NCBI GenBank assembly: GCA_038150265.1
Contig: JAYOTF010000004.1
Coordinates: 70,760 to 134,759 of the forward strand
DNA from: Deltaproteobacteria bacterium
GTDB lineage: Bacteria > SAR324 > NAC60-12
DNA: 64,000 bases
Reading direction: 5' to 3'
Shown here piece after piece: positions 58,311 to 64,000 of the stretch; the first letter of the stretch is position 1; the number at the start of each line of letters is the position of its first letter. Under the pieces are notes generated by a model that saw nothing but the letters and a program-made list of their open reading frames with translations, did not search any database and was not told the origin of the DNA. Made by a program: the position numbers and the translations under genes.

Positions 58311-60125
58311 ATGGCTTCCCTGAAGCCTCCCTCGGAAGGCGCCCTCCGCATCCGGAAGGCGACCCTCTGGACGCTGGAAGACAACATCCTCTGCCTCCGC
58401 TACGAGCCCAATGTCGTTCTGGAGGGCTCGGAAGACTTCACCGAACTCATTGAAGCCATCCAGAAATTTCCCGAGTTGCAGCCTCCGGTTTCGCTGCTCC
58501 TGCTGGATCATGTCCCCGACATCAAGAAAATCCGCGGGCACCTCACTCAAAAAGACATCCTCCGGTTTTTTGGTCCGGCAGCGACCTATCTGGAATCGCC
58601 GAAAGAGCGCTACCGAGCCGCTTTCTATCAGCACGTCAACCCGTTTCCCTTCATCAACCGCATCTTCACCAACCTGGACGACGCCTTGGCGTGGCTGAGG
58701 CACCCTCAGGTGGCTCCGCTTCCCCCCACTCCGCTGACGGAAGTGGAGACCGATGAGTTCCTGAATGCCCTGATCCGCTTTGCCTCAGGGAACTACCACG
58801 TCCGGCTTCCGGAAGACCTGGAGCCCGCCAACCCCAAGACCGTTACTCCGCTGGTCAACCTGCTGCTGGAAGAGACCAGCGCCACCTACCAGGAGCTGCA
58901 GCAGGCCTACCAGCAGTTGGAGCAGATGAATGCCGAGCTTTCGGTAAAGAATGAGGAGCTGCAGCAGCTCAATCAGGCGTTGCAGCAGACTCAGGACCGA
59001 CTTTTTGATTTTGCCGAGGCCTCCAGCGACGTGTTTTGGGAAACCGATGCGCACCACCGCTTCACCTGGATGCAGCTCCGCGACCCCAGCCTTCCGGGCC
59101 GGGATCCACTGGGGCGGACCCGTTTTGAGATGAAGCGTTCCGATGATGACGAGGTGAAGTGGCAGGAGCACCAGAAGGCCCTCAGCGAACACGAGAGCTT
59201 CCGGGACTTTGAGTACCAGCAGCCGTCCGGGAGGTGGGTCCGGGTGAGCGGCAAGCCCTTTTTCAATGAGCAGGGGCACTTCATGGGGTACCGGGGCAGC
59301 ACCTCGGATATCACGGAGCGGCATCGGCTTGAGGCTCAGTATCAAGAGGCCCTCATTGCCCAGGAAGTGGAGGCGGTGCAGCGCGAGGCGGACTACCGCC
59401 TGATGCAGCAGTCCAAGCTCGCAGCACTCGGCGAGTTGGCCACCAGCGTGGCCCATGAGGTCAACAACCCCCTCACCTTCCTCAGCAGCATCTTTCAACT
59501 CTGGAAGGAGGACCTGGACGAAGAGGATCGGCTTCCGGAGCGGAGCGAGTTTGCCAAGGATCTGCAGGATGGGCTCAAGCAAGTCCGGCGCATCAGCGAG
59601 ATTGTTGATCATCTGCGGAATTTTGGGCGGCAGGATGCCACGGAAGAGACGCGCCTGTTTTCCTTGCGAGAACCGCTGGATGGCGCGTTGCTGCTGGTCC
59701 ACAAGGCTCTGAAGAACCGAAACATTGCCCTGCACAACCAGCTTCCGGAAGACCTCCCGCTGCTGGAAGGCATCCCCGGACAGATGGAGCAGGTGTTCCT
59801 CAACCTCCTCAACAATGCCAAGGATGCCCTCAGCGACTGGCCCCACGCCGAGATCACCCTCTCTGCTGCCCTTCAGGGCGATCACCTCTGCCTGAGTGTG
59901 CAGGACAACGGCCCAGGCATTCCCCAAGCGCTTCAGGGGCAGATCTTCAACTCGTTCTTCACCACCAAGCCCTCTGGCAAGGGGACCGGGCTGGGGCTCT
60001 CCATTGTCCGCAAAATTGTGGAAGGCCACGGCGGCCGCATCACCTGCTCCTCGCAGCCTGGGCAGGGGACCACCTTCACCCTGATGCTTCCGCTCCCAGA
60101 CGCCGCTCGCGCCACGTCCCCCTAG
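58311..60125 (+). CDS. Cytoplasmic PAS sensor histidine kinase with an N-terminal STAS/SpoIIAA-like domain
   Basis: FTNLDDALAWL ends the N-domain; PAS (SDVFWETD...GYRGSTSDITE); LGELATSVAHEVNNPL; NLLNNAKDA; GTGLGLSI; no TM segments. Confidence 0.9.
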   Translation: MASLKPPSEGALRIRKATLWTLEDNILCLRYEPNVVLEGSEDFTELIEAIQKFPELQPPVSLLLLDHVPDIKKIRGHLTQKDILRFFGPAATYLESPKERYRAAFYQHVNPFPFINRIFTNLDDALAWLRHPQVAPLPPTPLTEVETDEFLNALIRFASGNYHVRLPEDLEPANPKTVTPLVNLLLEETSATYQELQQAYQQLEQMNAELSVKNEELQQLNQALQQTQDRLFDFAEASSDVFWETDAHHRFTWMQLRDPSLPGRDPLGRTRFEMKRSDDDEVKWQEHQKALSEHESFRDFEYQQPSGRWVRVSGKPFFNEQGHFMGYRGSTSDITERHRLEAQYQEALIAQEVEAVQREADYRLMQQSKLAALGELATSVAHEVNNPLTFLSSIFQLWKEDLDEEDRLPERSEFAKDLQDGLKQVRRISEIVDHLRNFGRQDATEETRLFSLREPLDGALLLVHKALKNRNIALHNQLPEDLPLLEGIPGQMEQVFLNLLNNAKDALSDWPHAEITLSAALQGDHLCLSVQDNGPGIPQALQGQIFNSFFTTKPSGKGTGLGLSIVRKIVEGHGGRITCSSQPGQGTTFTLMLPLPDAARATSP

Positions 60126-60646
60126 CGCCCCCGGAGTCCGGAGACGCCGGACACCCATGGCAAGAGCAACGTCAGGAGGGTTCCGGCCTGCACCCAAAAG
60201 CCGGTGGAGTCGTGCATGGCGCGGAAGGCCTCACGGACTTCGGCCTGGCCCCAGCGGGTGGGATCCTGCACAGCGGCCGCCATTTCAGGCACCAGTCCAT
60301 AGCCCAGCCACGCCCACACGCCCAGCCCCACCAGCAGCCAGCCCTGCCGCAGCAGCACCCGCTTGGGCGCAGTGGGCCACTCCAGCCACGCCGTCCGTTG
60401 CTCCAGCAGAGCCAGCAGCAGGAACCCCCAGACACAGGCCGGAAAGAAGCGCTCAAAGAACAGCGTGAACAGCAGGCTGATCACCGCGTGCGACTGGGCC
60501 GCCGCTTCTGGAGGAAGCAGCCCCGGAACCGTCCGGAACCCCAGGGGCGCCAGAATTCCGGCGGACGCCACACCTCCGATCATCAGCGCCCACAGGATCC
60601 AAAAACCAAAACGAAGGGCTCCCTGCCAGCGTGCCTGAGCCTGCAT
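60122..60646 (-). CDS. Membrane protein (4 TM, DUF4149-like)
   Basis: AGAGGAG RBS before ATG 60646; hydrophobic helices; AP..F and FRAMH motifs. Confidence 0.6.
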   Translation of the reverse strand: MQAQARWQGALRFGFWILWALMIGGVASAGILAPLGFRTVPGLLPPEAAAQSHAVISLLFTLFFERFFPACVWGFLLLALLEQRTAWLEWPTAPKRVLLRQGWLLVGLGVWAWLGYGLVPEMAAAVQDPTRWGQAEVREAFRAMHDSTGFWVQAGTLLTLLLPWVSGVSGLRGR

Positions 60647-60822
60647 GCCATCTCCTCTTTCATGAATGATAGGTTTCTCTGAGACCAAAACATCAGGCCT
60701 CCAGCGTTCGGGAACTCCCGGAAAGCGGCAAGGCAAAACCCTGGCACTTGAGTCTTGGGCTCGCCTCGCTTTTACTGATGGCAGTTGAAGAACAACGCCC
60801 TCCCCCTTACGTCAAAGAAGCC

Positions 60823-63420
60823 ATGCGCCATCGCCTCCTCTCGCTCCTCCTGTTCCTCTTTCTCAGCGGCTGCCTGGTGCGTCCGGCTCCGGAAACCCAG
60901 GAAGGACGGCTGCAGGCGGCCATCCGCATTGCTCCAGAAAACGAACACGGCTACGTCCGGCTTGCCGACCTCTACCGCTCTGAGCGCCGCTTTGAAGACG
61001 CCCTGAGTGTTTTGGAGATCGGGCACCAGCGGGTTCCGGACTCGTCGCTGATCCGCCGCCTTCAGGCCAACCTGCTGGCCGCCCGGAACGTGCCCCAGGC
61101 CCTGAGGGTCTACCAGGTGCTGCTTGAGGAGACGCCGGACGACGAAGACCTGCGGCTCGACTACGCCCAGTTGCTGGTTCGGGCCGGGCAGCGACCCGAG
61201 GCCCGGGCGCAGCTGGAGCGGTTGCAGGAGAGCGGCAGCGAGCAGGCCAACGTCTTTTTGCTGTATGGCCTGCTGAACCTGCAGGAAGATCGGCTCGGTT
61301 TGGCCCAGGAAGCCTTGGTGGAAGCCGTTCGGCTCGATGAGGAAAACCCGGAAGCCTGGGCTGAGCTGGGACGCCTCTGGGAGCGGCAGGGGGAGTGGGG
61401 ACGCGCCCAGGAGTCGCTGCGCCGCGCGGTGGAGTTGGCTCCGGAGTCCGAAGAATTCCTGCGTCGCTTCATCACGGCTCAGGAGCGCCTGCTCGACCCC
61501 AAGGATCCGGACGCGGTTCTGCAGCTCGGACACACGCTGGAGCACCTCCGGGAACTGGCTCCGGAACGCGCCTGGACGCAAGCCCACTATGGCGAATTCC
61601 TGCACCGAACCGGACGTCCGGAGGAAGCGGAGGCTGAATTCCGGAAGGCGCTGGAGGCCTCTCCGCAGTACGCGTGGGGGTGGTTCCGGCTTGGAGGGTT
61701 GCTGCTGGAGCAAGGCCGCCCGGAAGAGGCGAAGCAGGCGCTGGAGACCGGGCTTCAGGAAGAGCCCGAAACACCATGGGCCCTGCAGCAACTGGCGCTG
61801 GCTGATGAGCAGCTGGGACGTCTGGACGAAGCGCGGCAGCGGTATGAGGCGCTCTTGCAGCAAGAAGCCTCGCTCCCTGTGCTGCGCCGCCTGCTGGAGC
61901 TGCACTGGGCGGAGCTCCGCTTTGATGCCATTCAGTCGACTCTGGAACAGGGCGTGGAACTGTTCCCCAAGGTCCCGGCGCTGCGGCTCGAGCTTGCGCA
62001 GTTTCTCGACCGCCGAGGTCGATACGAAGCCGCCCGGACCGCCTTTGAAGCCCTTCCTCGTTCTGGCGCCCGGGCGGACTTCTTCATCCAGCTCGGACGC
62101 CTCTCTCGGCTTGCCGACGACCTTCCCCAGGCGGAGCTGGACTTCCGGCAGGCCCTGCAGCTGGACCCCAAGGCTCAGTTGGCCCGCATGCAGCTCATTG
62201 AGCTCTTCCGGCAGGAAGAACGTCCCCTCGCGCTGGAAACCGAGCTGACCACCTTCCTGCAGCAGGAGCCCGACTCCGAATGGGGCGCGCTTCAGCAGGC
62301 GCAGTGGCTCCGGAAGTCAGGCCCGGCGGCCGCCTTCTCTGCTTATGTGGCAGCAACCGCTCCTCGCTTTCCGGACTCCCTTTCCTTGCAATTGCTTGAG
62401 GTTGAGCGCCTCCGGGCGCAGCAGCAGGAAGCTCAGGCCCTGGTGCTCCTCCAGACGCTTCAGGAGCAGGCTCCCCAAAATGAGGACCTCTTCAATGAGC
62501 TCGCCGTCCTGCAGTTCAATCAGGGAAATCCGGATGCGGCGAAGCAGGCCCTGCTGCGTTCCCTGGAGCTTTCCGGCTCCAACCTCTGGCCCTTGATGCA
62601 GCTGGTCCTTCAGCTTCCGGAAGCGCAGCAGCAGGCGTGGTTTGGCCACCAGGTCGAGGTCCGGCAGGCGTGGGCCCTCTTGATCCAGAACCTTCCAGAG
62701 CCCGTGTTTCCGGAAGCCCTGGACCCGCCAGCCCAGCAGGGTTTGGCCGTGCTGCACCACGCGTTGCAGCAGACGGCTCTTCCGGAGAACACTCCGGTTG
62801 CCGGCACAGCCCCGTGGTTTCAATTTGCGGAAGCGGTCCGTCTTGAGAAGCAACCGGCCGAGGCCGCCACCGCTTACGATCAGTTGCTGCAGCACCCGGC
62901 CCTTCCGGAAGCCTTGCGTCCGTGGGTGCAGGCACGGGCGGCAATGGTGCTTGAGCGCTCCGAACAGCCGGGTCCTGCGGCCGAACGCTATGCAGCTGTG
63001 CTCGCGGCTCACCCTCAGGCCACCTGGGCCTTGCTGCGGCAGGCCATTGCCCTGACTCATGCCGGCCGTGAGGCCGACACCATTCCCCTCTATGAGGCCC
63101 TGCTGAAGCAAAACCCGAATCACCCGATGATTCTGAACAACCTGGCCTGGATCTACCTCACTCACCCAGATCCCGCCCAGCGACGTCCGGAGCGCGCGCT
63201 GAAGCTGGCAGAACAGGCCGTGGCTCAAGAGGGATCGATTGATCACTGGGACACCCTCGCCGAGGCGTGGTTCCAGAATGGAGAGGCCTCGAAGGCCATT
63301 GAGGTGCTCCGTCAGGCCGTCCGGGAGACCCCGTTTCCGGAGTCACGGGAGTCGTACCTTCAGGCGCAGTACCAGCGCTTCCGGAGTGGAAACCCGCAGG
63401 TGCCTCCTCCCGCCGTCTGA
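60823..63420 (+). CDS. Large TPR-repeat lipoprotein
   Basis: Lipobox LSGC; many TPR units; C-terminal LNNLAWIYL...ALKLAEQAV...WDTLAEA. Confidence 0.88.
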   Translation: MRHRLLSLLLFLFLSGCLVRPAPETQEGRLQAAIRIAPENEHGYVRLADLYRSERRFEDALSVLEIGHQRVPDSSLIRRLQANLLAARNVPQALRVYQVLLEETPDDEDLRLDYAQLLVRAGQRPEARAQLERLQESGSEQANVFLLYGLLNLQEDRLGLAQEALVEAVRLDEENPEAWAELGRLWERQGEWGRAQESLRRAVELAPESEEFLRRFITAQERLLDPKDPDAVLQLGHTLEHLRELAPERAWTQAHYGEFLHRTGRPEEAEAEFRKALEASPQYAWGWFRLGGLLLEQGRPEEAKQALETGLQEEPETPWALQQLALADEQLGRLDEARQRYEALLQQEASLPVLRRLLELHWAELRFDAIQSTLEQGVELFPKVPALRLELAQFLDRRGRYEAARTAFEALPRSGARADFFIQLGRLSRLADDLPQAELDFRQALQLDPKAQLARMQLIELFRQEERPLALETELTTFLQQEPDSEWGALQQAQWLRKSGPAAAFSAYVAATAPRFPDSLSLQLLEVERLRAQQQEAQALVLLQTLQEQAPQNEDLFNELAVLQFNQGNPDAAKQALLRSLELSGSNLWPLMQLVLQLPEAQQQAWFGHQVEVRQAWALLIQNLPEPVFPEALDPPAQQGLAVLHHALQQTALPENTPVAGTAPWFQFAEAVRLEKQPAEAATAYDQLLQHPALPEALRPWVQARAAMVLERSEQPGPAAERYAAVLAAHPQATWALLRQAIALTHAGREADTIPLYEALLKQNPNHPMILNNLAWIYLTHPDPAQRRPERALKLAEQAVAQEGSIDHWDTLAEAWFQNGEASKAIEVLRQAVRETPFPESRESYLQAQYQRFRSGNPQVPPPAV

Positions 63421-63725
63421 CTCTGGGCAGTTTTTGCCACCCTTCTGGCCCGTCTCGGGCTCCAGACCTCAGGAGCCGAGAGTCTGGTGAAGTTTTTTTG
63501 TGCCGGACGTGGGGCCCAGCAAATAAATAATTTTGACCGAATGGGCTTAAATCCTCTTAGACTTCAGAGCACTAAGCCACTTCTCCCTGAGCCCAGGCGG
63601 AGGGTTCCCGCTGCAACCCGGCACAGGACTCTCGAACTGGAGTTGCTTTTGCAACAATGGACTCAAAAAATCCAGGAACTCCTGCTTGAGCAGGGAGTGC
63701 CAAGGAACTGCAATCGTAGACCGGC

Positions 63726-64000
63726 ATGTACATCATGAGAGCATTCGGGGCTGTCCTCGCAACAATTCCACTCCTTCTGGTTGGCTGTGCCGACCCAGAC
63801 ACCCAGCAACCCTCTCCCACCTTCTACTATGACGTCGGTGGAGTCGTCCGGGGGCTGGATGGGTCCGTCAACCTCGAAAACAACGGAACCGACGGCATCG
63901 TGGTTGCCAGCAGCGGCGCCTTTGTTTTTCCTCAAAACATTGCGGCCAACAACGGCTACAGCGTCACCGTCAAGACCCAGCCGGCCCGACAGACCTGCTC
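63726..64000 (+). CDS. Lipoprotein with an Ig-like surface domain, partial (runs off the window; start 63726 or 63735)
   Basis: Manual translation MRAFGAVLATIPLLLVGC...VGGVVRGLDGSVNLENNG...GAFVF...GYSVTVKTQPARQTC, with lipobox LVGC. Confidence 0.7.
   Translation, partial: MYIMRAFGAVLATIPLLLVGCADPDTQQPSPTFYYDVGGVVRGLDGSVNLENNGTDGIVVASSGAFVFPQNIAANNGYSVTVKTQPARQTC

Overview
Gene-dense, GC-rich (roughly 63-65% by eye) bacterial chromosomal window. The gene content suggests a deltaproteobacterial/SAR324-like organism, which is an inference only. I found no rRNA, tRNA, CRISPR array, transposase or integrase. Housekeeping genes include trmB (partial), recX, pcm, proB, ahcY, sdaA, selD, lepA, recD and trpBA. 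The main points of interest are: (1) a three-gene surface-sensing operon (13225->4603) encoding two secreted Ig-like repeat proteins and a beta-propeller/Y_Y_Y/3-TM receptor with four tandem degenerate GGDEF domains that keep intact RxxD I-sites; the domains come from a 966-bp duplication and the gene carries an in-frame TAA; (2) a 10-gene operon (36989->26162) whose ABC transporter, class-III aminotransferase, BKACE cleavage enzyme and deacetylase match the chemistry of N6-acetyl-beta-lysine catabolism, followed by a DgcN/DgcA-like pair; (3) a window-wide, frame-independent, at least 10-fold excess of the palindrome TCCGGA (HIP-like); (4) a selenocysteine-containing SelD with an in-frame UGA and a clear SECIS hairpin, truncated in the ORF track; (5) a highly divergent HisG-like protein. 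All family assignments come from motif recognition by eye, with no database searches.
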